Of a stretch of 64,000 bases of DNA, positions 18,723 to 28,659 are shown one piece after another. The stretch is from IMG/VR virus record IMGVR_UViG_3300028025_000089; one strand, 5' to 3'. The position numbers and the translations under genes are program-made. Within the stretch, counting starts at the first letter, position 1. Each line of letters starts with the position of its first letter. The stretch comes from a virus (taxonomy: Duplodnaviria; Caudoviricetes). The notes under the pieces were generated by a model, which worked only from the letters and a program-made list of their open reading frames with translations, had not been told where the DNA came from and did not search any database.

Positions 18723-19253
18723 TTAAAGACCTTTAACTAAGTTTATTGATTGTTTTAGATATTCTTTCGCTCTTGGAGATGGGGTATATTCATCATCTTT
18801 AGTTTGTAAGTTCAATACCTTCTCAATATCCTTAACAAGTTCCGTTCCGTGTTCATTTTCTTTATATAACTCAATTATCTTATCCATAGCCTTATGACAA
18901 TCACCTGTAGTCTCATCATAGAAATTTTTATTTCTAAATCTGTTTAAATGATTCATCATTTCATAAGCCAAGTGAGATCCACCATCTTTGATGTCTTTAA
19001 ACAATCTAAGATTATTCAAAATACCTAATGTATCAACCATTGAATTAACACCTGAAATTCTTTTAGTAATTCCTGGTGTATATTTTGAATACTCTGAAGA
19101 TCCTCCAACAATTTCATCCAACGGAATTACGTTTTCAGGAATACATTTTGGTTTTTTGTCTTTCTTTTTTGAACTTGAAGACATTTCTTGTTCGCTAAGG
19201 ACAGATCTAACAATTTTGTTAATATCTCTTTCTGTTAATTTTTTTATTTTCAT
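18723..19253 (-). CDS. Leader-tag family protein
   Basis: MKIKKLTERDINKIVRSVLSE. Confidence 0.85.
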   Translation of the reverse strand: MKIKKLTERDINKIVRSVLSEQEMSSSSKKKDKKPKCIPENVIPLDEIVGGSSEYSKYTPGITKRISGVNSMVDTLGILNNLRLFKDIKDGGSHLAYEMMNHLNRFRNKNFYDETTGDCHKAMDKIIELYKENEHGTELVKDIEKVLNLQTKDDEYTPSPRAKEYLKQSINLVKGL

Positions 19254-19307
19254 AATCTATAAAATTTGAAATAGTTTTAATATTTATACTAATAAATATC
19301 ATTAAGT

Positions 19308-19922
19308 ATGAGAATTTTAGAAAATGTAATTAAAAGGGTTTTGAATGAGTATTCTAACCACCCAATGATGTTGGAAGAAGGTGTTTTAGTTTCTGATAAT
19401 TTGATGTATCATATTGAAAAAAAAATACCTTTAAATGAAAGTGTGTTTAGAATATATTCGGAATCTTATTTTGATTTAATTAATGAGGTTCGAGAGTTAT
19501 ATAATATGGGTTTAATAAATTTGAACGAAGAAGATGAATGGATCGTTAATTCAAATTTGGGTGAATCTGTTATTTTAGAAAATGGTCAAAAAGTTTATTT
19601 AGATGCTCCGTTAGAAGAAACTGAATACTTAAATGAAGCAAAACATCATGGTAAAAATGTTAAATTAAATAGTCCTTTTAGAACACCAGGTGGTCCTAAG
19701 AAATTTGCGGTTTATGTTAAAACTCCAAAAGGGACAATTAAAAAAGTTACTTTCGGAGATCCTAATTTGAGAATCAAAAACGCTAATAAAGGTAGAGCAA
19801 AATCTTTCAGGGCACGTCATAAATGTGACCAGAAGAAAGATAGAACTACGGCAGGGTATTGGTCTTGTAATGTTGGTAGATATGCAAAAAAATTAGGTTT
19901 AAAATCATCAAGAAGTTGGTAA
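19308..19922 (+). CDS. Leader-variant protein with basic C-terminal domain typical of T4-like phages
   Basis: MRILENVIKRVLNE; KKFAVYVK..KKVTFGDPN..SFRARHKC..AGYWSC. Confidence 0.8.
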   Translation: MRILENVIKRVLNEYSNHPMMLEEGVLVSDNLMYHIEKKIPLNESVFRIYSESYFDLINEVRELYNMGLINLNEEDEWIVNSNLGESVILENGQKVYLDAPLEETEYLNEAKHHGKNVKLNSPFRTPGGPKKFAVYVKTPKGTIKKVTFGDPNLRIKNANKGRAKSFRARHKCDQKKDRTTAGYWSCNVGRYAKKLGLKSSRSW

Positions 19923-20800
19923 ACATCGATCACATAATAAGAAAGAATTTATCTCAGATAATAAATGAAGTCGAAATCAAGGCATCATCTGTTGCGATGG
20001 ATAATGTTTGTAAAGCGAAATTAATATGTGACGCTCAAGGACAAATTACTTTTGGTCAATTAAGAGAAATGGTTGAGAAAGGTAAATTGAAAAGAATTGG
20101 TGTTCACATGGGTGAAGGGGCGTATAAGGGATTTTTAAGATTACTACCTTGGTTCATTCCCCAATTAGCACTAGCAGGTTTTGGAGCAACTTGGATTAGA
20201 GTTGTAAACAAACTTTTCAGACCTACATTGGAAGAAACGGATAACTATAAAACATGGTGGGGTAAAACAATTCTTAGAATATTCAAACTTGTTGAAGGTG
20301 AGTTAAATGCTGATGATCCATTATCTAAAATATTTTTTATATCAGATGGTCTAATGACGATGTTAGATGACAAATATAAAGTTAAGTTTGCAAAACACAT
20401 TGCTGAACTTGCAAGTGAACAACCTGACGATCAAATAGTTCCTGATTATTTTGTTGAAAATGAATTAAGACATTGGTTAAACGAAAAATTCTTTTTAGAT
20501 CCACCATTACCACCAAAAAGAAATAGAAATAATGAAGAACTACCTTTTGATCAAGAGATTAAAGAAGGTTTCAAGTTCAGAACTTTTAAATCAAATGTAG
20601 ACACAGATGAACTGAAATGGCATTTTGATGAACAAGATAGAGAAGTCACTATTTTAGAAAGTAATGGGTGGGAATTTCAAATCGATAATGAATTACCCAC
20701 CATATTAAAAGAAGGTGATGTTCTTTTTATCCCAAAAGGAACTTATCATAGAGTTAAAAGAGGAACTGGCGATCTAAGAATTAAAATAAAAGAATATTAA
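19916..20800 (+). CDS. Hypothetical protein with C-terminal cupin-like domain
   Basis: ELKWHFDEQDR..WEFQID..GDVLFIPKGTYHRV; start uncertain (TTG). Confidence 0.7.
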   Translation: MVNIDHIIRKNLSQIINEVEIKASSVAMDNVCKAKLICDAQGQITFGQLREMVEKGKLKRIGVHMGEGAYKGFLRLLPWFIPQLALAGFGATWIRVVNKLFRPTLEETDNYKTWWGKTILRIFKLVEGELNADDPLSKIFFISDGLMTMLDDKYKVKFAKHIAELASEQPDDQIVPDYFVENELRHWLNEKFFLDPPLPPKRNRNNEELPFDQEIKEGFKFRTFKSNVDTDELKWHFDEQDREVTILESNGWEFQIDNELPTILKEGDVLFIPKGTYHRVKRGTGDLRIKIKEY

Positions 20801-21765
20801 TTCATTTTAACACAATACTCAACCACTGTTAGTGAATCTAAATTTGCCGGGTTTCCACCAGCATATGATATAGCACTTTGTAAAGATTCCTCAATTTGAG
20901 TTAGTTTGGTAAATATTGAATGATCCTTGAATGGGACTAATTTTTTAATTCCCTCAATTCTATTCGTTTTACCTGATTGGGCGTTAGATGCACTTCCCCA
21001 AAATTCCTTATACCATAAACCATCCACTAAGTTTTTAACCTTCTCTCCTGGTGACTCTTGGTATCCTGACAACATTCCACCAACCATAACCATAGTCGCC
21101 CCTAAAACTAAACTTTTTACAATGTCCGAATGTTCTTTAATAGAACCATCGGCAATGATCGGAACTTTAGCAACTTTAGAACAATCCAAAATCATATTTG
21201 CTTGCCACCCCCTATTTCCGAAACCTGTCGAATGGTATGTTGTGCATACTGATCCACCACCAATACCACATTTGATTGCATCACAACCCCACTTTTGTAA
21301 GTCCTCCACCGCATCAGGTGTAGAAACATTACCACCAATTAAAAATGTGTTTGGTAAATTTTCTTTAATGTATTTTACCATTTTTTTCATCTTTACACAA
21401 TGACCATGTGCAATGTCGATTGTGATGTATTCAGGACAAAGACCTAACTCTACAAATTGATCAATATATTCATAAGAGTCTTCATTAACACCAATAGACA
21501 CTGAAGAATATAACCCAAGATCATGCATTTGATTTGTAAACTCAATAGGGTTTACGTTGAACCTGTGCATGATATAAAAATATCCATTTTTGGCTAAGTC
21601 GATTGCCAAGTTTGAATCAATAATACTTTCCATGTTAGAAGGAACGATTGGTAATTTAAAATACAAATGACCAAACTTTAAAGTTGTATCGCACTCACTT
21701 CTACTATTCACATAACTATAACTTGGGATCAACGTAATGTTGTCAAAATCAAACTTTTTTTTCAT
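20797..21765 (-). CDS. guaC: GMP reductase (GuaC type)
   Basis: IMPDH/GMPR fold motifs: ITIDIAHGH, IGGNV, GIGGGSVCTT, IIADGSI, EFWGSAS, LQSAISYAG. Confidence 0.9.
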   Translation of the reverse strand: MKKKFDFDNITLIPSYSYVNSRSECDTTLKFGHLYFKLPIVPSNMESIIDSNLAIDLAKNGYFYIMHRFNVNPIEFTNQMHDLGLYSSVSIGVNEDSYEYIDQFVELGLCPEYITIDIAHGHCVKMKKMVKYIKENLPNTFLIGGNVSTPDAVEDLQKWGCDAIKCGIGGGSVCTTYHSTGFGNRGWQANMILDCSKVAKVPIIADGSIKEHSDIVKSLVLGATMVMVGGMLSGYQESPGEKVKNLVDGLWYKEFWGSASNAQSGKTNRIEGIKKLVPFKDHSIFTKLTQIEESLQSAISYAGGNPANLDSLTVVEYCVKMN

Positions 21766-21823
21766 ATACTTAAATTACTTTTTATTTAAACTAATAATAC
21801 AACATAAAGAAATATTTATCAAT

Positions 21824-22447
21824 ATGACCGAGATTAAAAAACTTTTATTAATAGAAAAAGCTGAAGAGACTAAACTTATAAGACAAATTGTAAGAGATAT
21901 AATCACCGTTTTTAAATCTAATGATGAGGGTGAATTTTATTTACCTGAAGATTTACCAAACAACGATGAAGAACATATGGAATATTTTTCACCTAAAACT
22001 TCGGTTTCGGTTGAACTTACAATAGAAGAACTTTCTGATTTAGATAATTTTTTGGTAAACGCATATTTTGCAAGAAACGAAAATGTTATTGAAGTTAAAA
22101 TAGTTTATAACCCAAGAAATAAAACAACTATGTTATATGATTTGGTTGGTGAGTTAAATGAGGTGATTGCTCATGAAATGAGACATCTATATCAGAAAGA
22201 AACCGGTATGTTTTATTTTAGTGATGAAGAAGATGAAGAAGAATTACCACCATTTGAATATTATTCTGACCCAAAAGAAGTTGACGCACAAGTTGCCGGA
22301 TTTAGAAGAATGAAAAATATAACCAAAAGACCATTTGAAACATTAGTTAGAAATTGGTTTTCAACACACACAGAAATTCACAATTTAAATAAAGAAGAAC
22401 AAGAGGAGATTATTCAAATGATTTTAGATCGTAATTCTAAGATCTAA
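21824..22447 (+). CDS. HExxH (zincin-like) protein
   Basis: IAHEMRHLYQ and Y..P.EVDAQ..G; ATG 21824 after ATATTTAT. Confidence 0.65.
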   Translation: MTEIKKLLLIEKAEETKLIRQIVRDIITVFKSNDEGEFYLPEDLPNNDEEHMEYFSPKTSVSVELTIEELSDLDNFLVNAYFARNENVIEVKIVYNPRNKTTMLYDLVGELNEVIAHEMRHLYQKETGMFYFSDEEDEEELPPFEYYSDPKEVDAQVAGFRRMKNITKRPFETLVRNWFSTHTEIHNLNKEEQEEIIQMILDRNSKI

Positions 22448-23057
22448 ATCTTTTAATCATTTTTTCTAAAAGTTCAGATATTATCTTTGACGATATTATA
22501 CCACCTGTATAGTGAGTTATTCCCATAACAACTAGTTCCATTTGTTCGGTAGATAAATCCATATCAGCCAAATTTTTAACTAATGGAACTAAAGGAACTA
22601 AAAAAGTGTATGCCAACATATTAGAGACTTTAGAGAAGGTCATGTTCAGACTTTCTAAAAACCCAAAGAACGCATCTCTTAGATCGTAACTTTTTAATAA
22701 AGCTCTATCAAAAAAAGTGACAAGTTTTTTTTCTTTTATTAATCCTAAAACTTTTTTTAATTTTTCTTTATTGTCAGAAAAGAAAGTTAAGATTATACCA
22801 AAACAAATTAAAGATATTTCATCTTCAGTTAAGTTAGTATAAGTTCCTTCCATATATCTATAAACAGGACCAACAAAACCACCAATAACCGAACCCCAAG
22901 TTAGAGCAAAAGTAAAATCAATTCCGTGTTGTTTTTTTACGTCCTTTACAATTTTTTTTGCGATGTCTTTTGAATTGGAAAATGTTTGAGATATTTCTTC
23001 CTCTTTTTCCTCTTTTAAAAGATTAATATATTGAGATTCAGATAAGACTAATTTCAT
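22437..23057 (-). CDS. Membrane protein with MKLVLSESQY..LLKE leader variant
   Basis: ORF track; hydrophobic segments. Confidence 0.8.
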   Translation of the reverse strand: MKLVLSESQYINLLKEEKEEEISQTFSNSKDIAKKIVKDVKKQHGIDFTFALTWGSVIGGFVGPVYRYMEGTYTNLTEDEISLICFGIILTFFSDNKEKLKKVLGLIKEKKLVTFFDRALLKSYDLRDAFFGFLESLNMTFSKVSNMLAYTFLVPLVPLVKNLADMDLSTEQMELVVMGITHYTGGIISSKIISELLEKMIKRFRS

Positions 23058-23162
23058 TGTAATAGTTTGGTATTTTCTAAAATAAATATCATTATAAATT
23101 ACTTTAATACGATTTTTTAAAATATTTGACCTAACTGAAATATTTATTAAAAAAAAGAAACT

Positions 23163-23801
23163 ATGAATGCATACTTTTTCAAAATGACAAAAGAAGAAAA
23201 ATCTAATATTTTAGATCAACATAAATCTCTTTATGATGGTTATGTGACAAAATATAATCAAGAAAGTAACCAATATCCATTATATGTTCAGGATTATGCG
23301 AACGATAAAAATGGTGTAACGGTTTCTAACAAAGGAAATGTAAAACAATATACAAATATTAATATAAATGAATCTCCATTAGATAGAATTGGTGATGGTC
23401 CATATGATTTGAAAAACGGAACAGTAGATATTGATTCCTATATGGACACTGAAGACAGAAATACACAATTTATGCACGATGTATATCCTTCACCAAATGA
23501 AGAAGAGTTTGATTATGAATCTTTCGGAAATTATGCGGACGACATGAAACAAAATGAGGACCAATATGAATACGATATCGACCAATTGGAAGATTACTCC
23601 TCAGAAGAGATTAACGAAACTTTTGACGATGATTTTGAAGATTCAGAGCAAGATGATCCATTTATTGAAATGGAGGAAGATTTCGAAAAAGTTGACAATG
23701 AAGAAATAATTTCAAATGTTGACGAAGATGTTCTTCCTGAATTCTATTCGCAACTTCAAGAATCTTTAGACATGTTCAAAAGGTTTAAAAAGTATAATTA
23801 A
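23163..23801 (+). CDS. Acidic hypothetical protein
   Basis: ORF track; ATATTTAT upstream. Confidence 0.8.
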   Translation: MNAYFFKMTKEEKSNILDQHKSLYDGYVTKYNQESNQYPLYVQDYANDKNGVTVSNKGNVKQYTNININESPLDRIGDGPYDLKNGTVDIDSYMDTEDRNTQFMHDVYPSPNEEEFDYESFGNYADDMKQNEDQYEYDIDQLEDYSSEEINETFDDDFEDSEQDDPFIEMEEDFEKVDNEEIISNVDEDVLPEFYSQLQESLDMFKRFKKYN

Positions 23802-23802
23802 A

Positions 23803-24105
23803 ATGGAAGTTCAAGAAATAATTTTTTATTTCCTACACGAAGACACCAATATTTTAGAAGTTCAATTTAGATTGACAATAGATTCAGAAGAAGAAGTAAG
23901 GATTGATAACATAGACTTACTTGAAGTTGATGATTTCGGATATGATTTAGTTTTAGAAAGTTTTGAGTTTGATGATGATGAAGATGACGATGAAAACTTT
24001 TTTTGGAATGAGTCTGCAAGTATCGATGAAGATAACTTGATGGAATTTTTAAATGAGTATTACATTGTTAAACCAGAAAAACTACCAAAGCCCGAGTTGA
24101 TTTAA
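23803..24105 (+). CDS. Acidic hypothetical protein
   Basis: ORF track, coupled to the upstream gene. Confidence 0.75.
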   Translation: MEVQEIIFYFLHEDTNILEVQFRLTIDSEEEVRIDNIDLLEVDDFGYDLVLESFEFDDDEDDDENFFWNESASIDEDNLMEFLNEYYIVKPEKLPKPELI

Positions 24106-24605
24106 GGACCAACTCGGGTTAAAAACATTGTTGTAGTTTCACCACTACTATTATTTCCATAATCGTAACTTCCTGAAGTTCGAATAACCAAACTCTCCAT
24201 TCCATCATCAATTATTTTCCAAACTCTTTTTGTTCCATCGTAGTTGAATACAATATATCCTAAATCATAAACATTATTGTGTCCTTGAACCATGTATGTG
24301 TATTGTTTTGTCCATGTTGTTGATCCTGTTGATGGGTCATCGATTGGATCAAAATAAATAACCGCATAATCTAATGCAAGTCTTGTAAAACCAACCGCAA
24401 TTGTGTCTAAAGGTTTGGTTTCACTTTCATTAACATAAAGATCACCAGGGTAAAAAACCTGATTTAAATTTGAGTTGTCTTTATTTTCATATGTGATTTT
24501 ATCAATTCGATATTCACCACTTAAACTTAACGAAACTGGCTCTCCGTATTTAACACAAGAGGAAAGTATTAGAACTGAAAGGATAAAATAAAATAGGTTT
24601 TTCAT
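24102..24605 (-). CDS. Lipoprotein
   Basis: Lipobox LSSC; host-type promoter. Confidence 0.8.
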   Translation of the reverse strand: MKNLFYFILSVLILSSCVKYGEPVSLSLSGEYRIDKITYENKDNSNLNQVFYPGDLYVNESETKPLDTIAVGFTRLALDYAVIYFDPIDDPSTGSTTWTKQYTYMVQGHNNVYDLGYIVFNYDGTKRVWKIIDDGMESLVIRTSGSYDYGNNSSGETTTMFLTRVGP

Positions 24606-24668
24606 AATCTTTATTGTTTTAACAAATATATATCTTTTTTTTCAGTCTATAAAGGTATTTATAAAAAA

Positions 24669-24908
24669 ATGGACTTAGACGAAATAATTTATTTATTAAA
24701 AAGATATACCATAAATAGTGGTGAAGAAAAAGAATTAGGTGAACAGGATGCCGCTGCTGCCGGTGGTGGAGGTGGTGGAACTACATATCCTACGGTCACA
24801 AAATGGGAGACAGGATTAACAAGAAGTGTTGCAAACCAAATTGATTATAAGGCCAAATGGAAAGATCTTTACAAAATAACAAGAGGTAAAGCAAATACAC
24901 TTTTATAA
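24669..24908 (+). CDS. Small Gly/Ala-rich hypothetical protein
   Basis: ORF track; GTATTTAT upstream. Confidence 0.7.
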   Translation: MDLDEIIYLLKRYTINSGEEKELGEQDAAAAGGGGGGTTYPTVTKWETGLTRSVANQIDYKAKWKDLYKITRGKANTLL

Positions 24909-24961
24909 TTTTACTTGTTACGGTATATTTATATTATATAAAAAAAGAAAAAAAAACTATT

Positions 24962-26101
24962 ATGGATATCGATAGAATGATAAGAAAACTTCTTAAAGAA
25001 GCTGATGAAACCAAAACATTAGGTTTAAATTATAATGACCAGTATGATATTTTACAAAAAGGTATAAATTCATGTCCTACTTTTTCTAATTTAGTAAAGG
25101 GTAGAACTATTAAAGTTTTCCCAAGTTCTGAAATATCAAAAATACCTGAATTAGCGGGTTTAACCGAAGTTGCTTATATCTCGACACCTTTAAGAGAAGA
25201 TGGTTTGGGGTTAATATTTTTTGGTGTGAAAGATAAAGAAACTGAGATGGGAAAAAAACAATTTTTAACATACGCATTTAAAGCTGGATTTAAACCAACA
25301 AAATGGAAACAAGGATGGGGATCTGATTGTGATGCAATTCAAGAATTATCACAACTAGGTAAAGATACTTTAACACCAGAACAAAAAAGAATATTAGATG
25401 ATTATATCAAAACTAATGCAGACACAACTGCGGAATACGAACCAACGGGTAATATGGGTGAGTGGACAAAAAAACCTTACAGCGACATTATACCAGGATA
25501 TAAAGGAACAGGATATGTTTGGGTTCAAACTTCTTTACAAAATGTAAATGCGAATGTGTTAGAAGACGTAGATATGGCATTATCTGGACAAGGATTTACA
25601 AGAATTGAGACGGATTTACCTTACGATTCTCCAGAAAGAAATTATCCTATATTATTGAAGGATCTAGTCATTTACTACCCGTCTTTACAAGCCGCAGCAA
25701 CAAAGTCACCAAATACTAAAGTTTATCTACAAAAAGGAACTTTTCCAACACCTGATAAAGAAAGTTGTAGATCGGTTATAAAACTTTTAACCACATGTTC
25801 AAAAACAAAAGGTGGTGCCGGTGCGGAATGTTATAAAAACTTACTTAAAAATAAGTATTTGGCGTTACAGTGTCAAAATTTGAAATTTGTAGGAGGTGCG
25901 TTAGGACTAAGAGACGAATTCGACGACTTATTAACCGATGGGACTGGAAATTTTGGTTTAGGATCAATAAAAGCGGCGCTTGATAGAGGTATTACAACAA
26001 AATCATCAGAACCACAAAAAAACTATTCAATTAAAGAATCGATTGACAAAAGAGTTTCAAAAGCCTTGAACGAAGAGTTTAAAAGAATTTTTAAATATTA
26101 A
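24962..26101 (+). CDS. Leader-variant protein (MDIDRMIRKLLKE-A)
   Basis: 379 aa ORF. Confidence 0.8.
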   Translation: MDIDRMIRKLLKEADETKTLGLNYNDQYDILQKGINSCPTFSNLVKGRTIKVFPSSEISKIPELAGLTEVAYISTPLREDGLGLIFFGVKDKETEMGKKQFLTYAFKAGFKPTKWKQGWGSDCDAIQELSQLGKDTLTPEQKRILDDYIKTNADTTAEYEPTGNMGEWTKKPYSDIIPGYKGTGYVWVQTSLQNVNANVLEDVDMALSGQGFTRIETDLPYDSPERNYPILLKDLVIYYPSLQAAATKSPNTKVYLQKGTFPTPDKESCRSVIKLLTTCSKTKGGAGAECYKNLLKNKYLALQCQNLKFVGGALGLRDEFDDLLTDGTGNFGLGSIKAALDRGITTKSSEPQKNYSIKESIDKRVSKALNEEFKRIFKY

Positions 26102-26102
26102 T

Positions 26103-26732
26103 ATGAAAAGTATCGATAACTTGTATTTAGACTTAGTTTATGAAAAACTAAGATTGGTTGAAAATGGTTATGATCGACTATTGGTTGAGGAACAATTGTG
26201 GGACATTGGTAAGTTTATTTTAAGTAACTTTGGGACTGCAGCAACACAAACAATTAAAGGTCAGTTATTTGAATATTTGGTTGGTAAATTAGGAATACCG
26301 ACTGATTCGTATATTGCTTTGGCAATCAAAAATTTATTGGCAAATGTTCCTTTTAGAAATTATTATAAATTATTAAATGATTGTGACTATTTGACTTCAC
26401 AATTGGCAAAAGCATTAATCGAGGCATTTATTGATCAATGGAGAAAAAGTGCTGGTTTTGATAGTTTGATACACATTGCACTTAAAGAACTTTTGGTTGA
26501 GGCGGCAACAAAAACTGATTTATATCTTAAACTACAAAAAAAATTGGTAAATATAGTTTGTCCATTGGTTAAAGAATTTGCGGGAGGTATTGATATGACT
26601 GCATTTAAAGGGGCTGCAAACGCACCTAAAGCTTCAGACATTACCAAAAACCTTAAAGTTGATAAAGATATTATGAATAACGTTAAATCAAAAATCGGAA
26701 TGGGAGACTCAAATACCCCAACAGAAAAATAA
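26103..26732 (+). CDS. Hypothetical protein
   Basis: ORF track. Confidence 0.8.
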   Translation: MKSIDNLYLDLVYEKLRLVENGYDRLLVEEQLWDIGKFILSNFGTAATQTIKGQLFEYLVGKLGIPTDSYIALAIKNLLANVPFRNYYKLLNDCDYLTSQLAKALIEAFIDQWRKSAGFDSLIHIALKELLVEAATKTDLYLKLQKKLVNIVCPLVKEFAGGIDMTAFKGAANAPKASDITKNLKVDKDIMNNVKSKIGMGDSNTPTEK

Positions 26733-26809
26733 TTTAAAAAAAGTTTAAAAAAATTTTGGTGTAATAGATAAAACTACTATATTTGTAGAAATAAACAAAT
26801 AAAACATCT

Positions 26810-27574
26810 ATGAAAACACCACTTTTAAAAATCTCTGTTAGTTTAGTGTCAATCGCATTATTTTTCATTTTGATCTTCTCAATGAAAAATGACGATTTAC
26901 CTAATTATGATCCAGAAAAAGAATTGGCTCACTTATTGGTTAATAAAAATGACAAAACCTCAGAAAACACAAATAACGGTGGAGGAACTAATACGTCATC
27001 TGAAACTTCAGAAGAAAACTCAAAACCAAATAAAGTAAGTCATTCTCAAGAAGCGATAGAATATTTCAACACCATCGTATTTAATTCCGAGTTTACAGGT
27101 AAAAGATCAACACCAATTAAATGGACTGAAGACATGAAAATCTATGTCGATGGTTCTAAAGTGTCTAATTTAACTTCTGAATTAAAAAGAATTATTTCTG
27201 AATTAAATGACATAATCGACCCAATCGATATTAAAATTGTAAATAATAAAAGTGATGCCAATTTCTTCATCTTCTTAGGTGGGTATGAAGACTTCAAAGA
27301 AACCTATGAAGTGGTATATCCATCACGTTTGGATAATAATTGGGGTTATTTTGAAGTATACCCAAGCAACTACGGTATCATGTATGTTGATATTTATCGA
27401 GCTACAAATGTTGATGCTCAAAAACACTTACTACGTGAAGAATTAACCCAATCTCTTGGTCTTTTGAACGATTCATACAAATACCCTGAGAGTATTTTTT
27501 ACCAAGGTTGGACAACAACTACAGAATATGCGCCAATTGATCGTGAATTGATTGACATGTTATACAACAATTAG
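26810..27574 (+). CDS. Membrane-anchored DUF2927-like protein
   Basis: N-terminal TM; KWTEDMKIYV..HLLREELTQSLGLLND..SIFYQ; TATATTTG at 26778. Confidence 0.75.
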   Translation: MKTPLLKISVSLVSIALFFILIFSMKNDDLPNYDPEKELAHLLVNKNDKTSENTNNGGGTNTSSETSEENSKPNKVSHSQEAIEYFNTIVFNSEFTGKRSTPIKWTEDMKIYVDGSKVSNLTSELKRIISELNDIIDPIDIKIVNNKSDANFFIFLGGYEDFKETYEVVYPSRLDNNWGYFEVYPSNYGIMYVDIYRATNVDAQKHLLREELTQSLGLLNDSYKYPESIFYQGWTTTTEYAPIDRELIDMLYNN

Positions 27575-27595
27575 TATATTTATAAAGAACGATTT

Positions 27596-27604
27596 GTTCT
27601 TTGA
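27596..27604 (+). promoter_or_regulatory. boxA-like antitermination site
   Basis: GTTCTTTGA 5 nt before tRNA-Ser. Confidence 0.65.
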
Positions 27605-27609
27605 AAAAC

Positions 27610-27694
27610 AGAGGAGTGTCAGAGCGGTCGAATGAGGCGGTCTTGAAAACCGTTGATCCTAACAGATCCGGGGGTTCGAATCCCTCCTCCTCTG
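27610..27694 (+). tRNA. trnS: tRNA-Ser(UGA)
   Basis: AGAGGAG/CTCCTCT acceptor, loop CTTGAAA, long variable arm, TTCGAAT. Confidence 0.93.
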
Positions 27695-27709
27695 CAAAAT
27701 GTAAAATAT

Positions 27710-27783
27710 GGTCCCGTAGCTCAGCTGGATAGAGCAACTGCCTTCTAAGCAGTAGGTCAATGGTTCGAATCCATTCGGGATCA
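27710..27783 (+). tRNA. trnR: tRNA-Arg(UCU)
   Basis: Canonical cloverleaf, loop CTTCTAA. Confidence 0.95.
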
Positions 27784-27946
27784 CAACTTTAAAAATATGG
27801 AAGAAATTTTTTATCAGTTACACGAAGAGTTCATTAACTCTGAAGATTTTAATCAATACGTAAAAGAAATGTTAGAATACGAACATACATTAATTTTACA
27901 ATCTGAAAATAATAACTTATAGTTTAATAAATTATAAGATATTATA

Positions 27947-28018
27947 AGTCGTGTAGCTCAGATGGCTAGAGCAATCCAAATTATGGATGTGTCATTGGTT
28001 CGAATCCTTTTACGACTT
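27947..28018 (+). pseudogene. Degenerate tRNA (5-nt anticodon loop)
   Basis: Good acceptor and D arm; ATCCA-AATTA-TGGAT; mismatched T-stem. Confidence 0.7.
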
Positions 28019-28053
28019 ATAAAAATTAAAAAGTGTTGGTGACAACACTTTTT

Positions 28054-28563
28054 TTATTTATATACAGTTAATACGCAATAAAAAATCTGATCATTATAGG
28101 TAACTCCATTTATGATAATCTTATTTGAAGTTTTACTACCAACACAAAGTCCGTCATATTTTGGATTTAACATTAATTCGTTATGTTTAGGAGAATTTTT
28201 CCATAACTCTAACACTTTATTTGCTCTTTCTTCATCCGTCTTCAAATCTATAAAACTACAAAGGTTTTCACCAATATATGTGTAGTTGTATTGATACAAA
28301 TATGTTATTCTTTCAATGAATGTTTCAAATGTTGTTGGAAAAGAAGATGTGATTCTTTGAGAATGATCCAAAGGTAATGTTGATGTCTCTATCATATAGT
28401 TTAACATTTGATCGTTGGCCAATTTAGCTTTAGACTCATACACTAATTCAGGAATACCATTTTGTTTTCGATATAAATTAATTTTTTTAATAATAAGTTC
28501 ATTTACCTTTTGACCAAAAGAAAACGAGAATATAAATAAGAATGTTATTAAAAGTATCTTCAT
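28054..28563 (-). CDS. Secreted CAP/SCP-domain protein
   Basis: Signal peptide; INLYRKQNGIPEL..GENL..WKNSPKHNELML. Confidence 0.85.
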   Translation of the reverse strand: MKILLITFLFIFSFSFGQKVNELIIKKINLYRKQNGIPELVYESKAKLANDQMLNYMIETSTLPLDHSQRITSSFPTTFETFIERITYLYQYNYTYIGENLCSFIDLKTDEERANKVLELWKNSPKHNELMLNPKYDGLCVGSKTSNKIIINGVTYNDQIFYCVLTVYK

Positions 28564-28659
28564 AGTTTTTATATTATATTCAATAATATATATAAATAAA
28601 ATAAGATCAAAAAATTATATTAAGTTTTTTTAATTAAATAATTTTTGTATCTTTGTATT

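Noticed and set aside
14792-21765. Host chromosomal contamination (T9SS protein, slyD, guaC, clpC)
   Set aside because: These genes are interleaved with phage-type genes and share composition and promoter motifs
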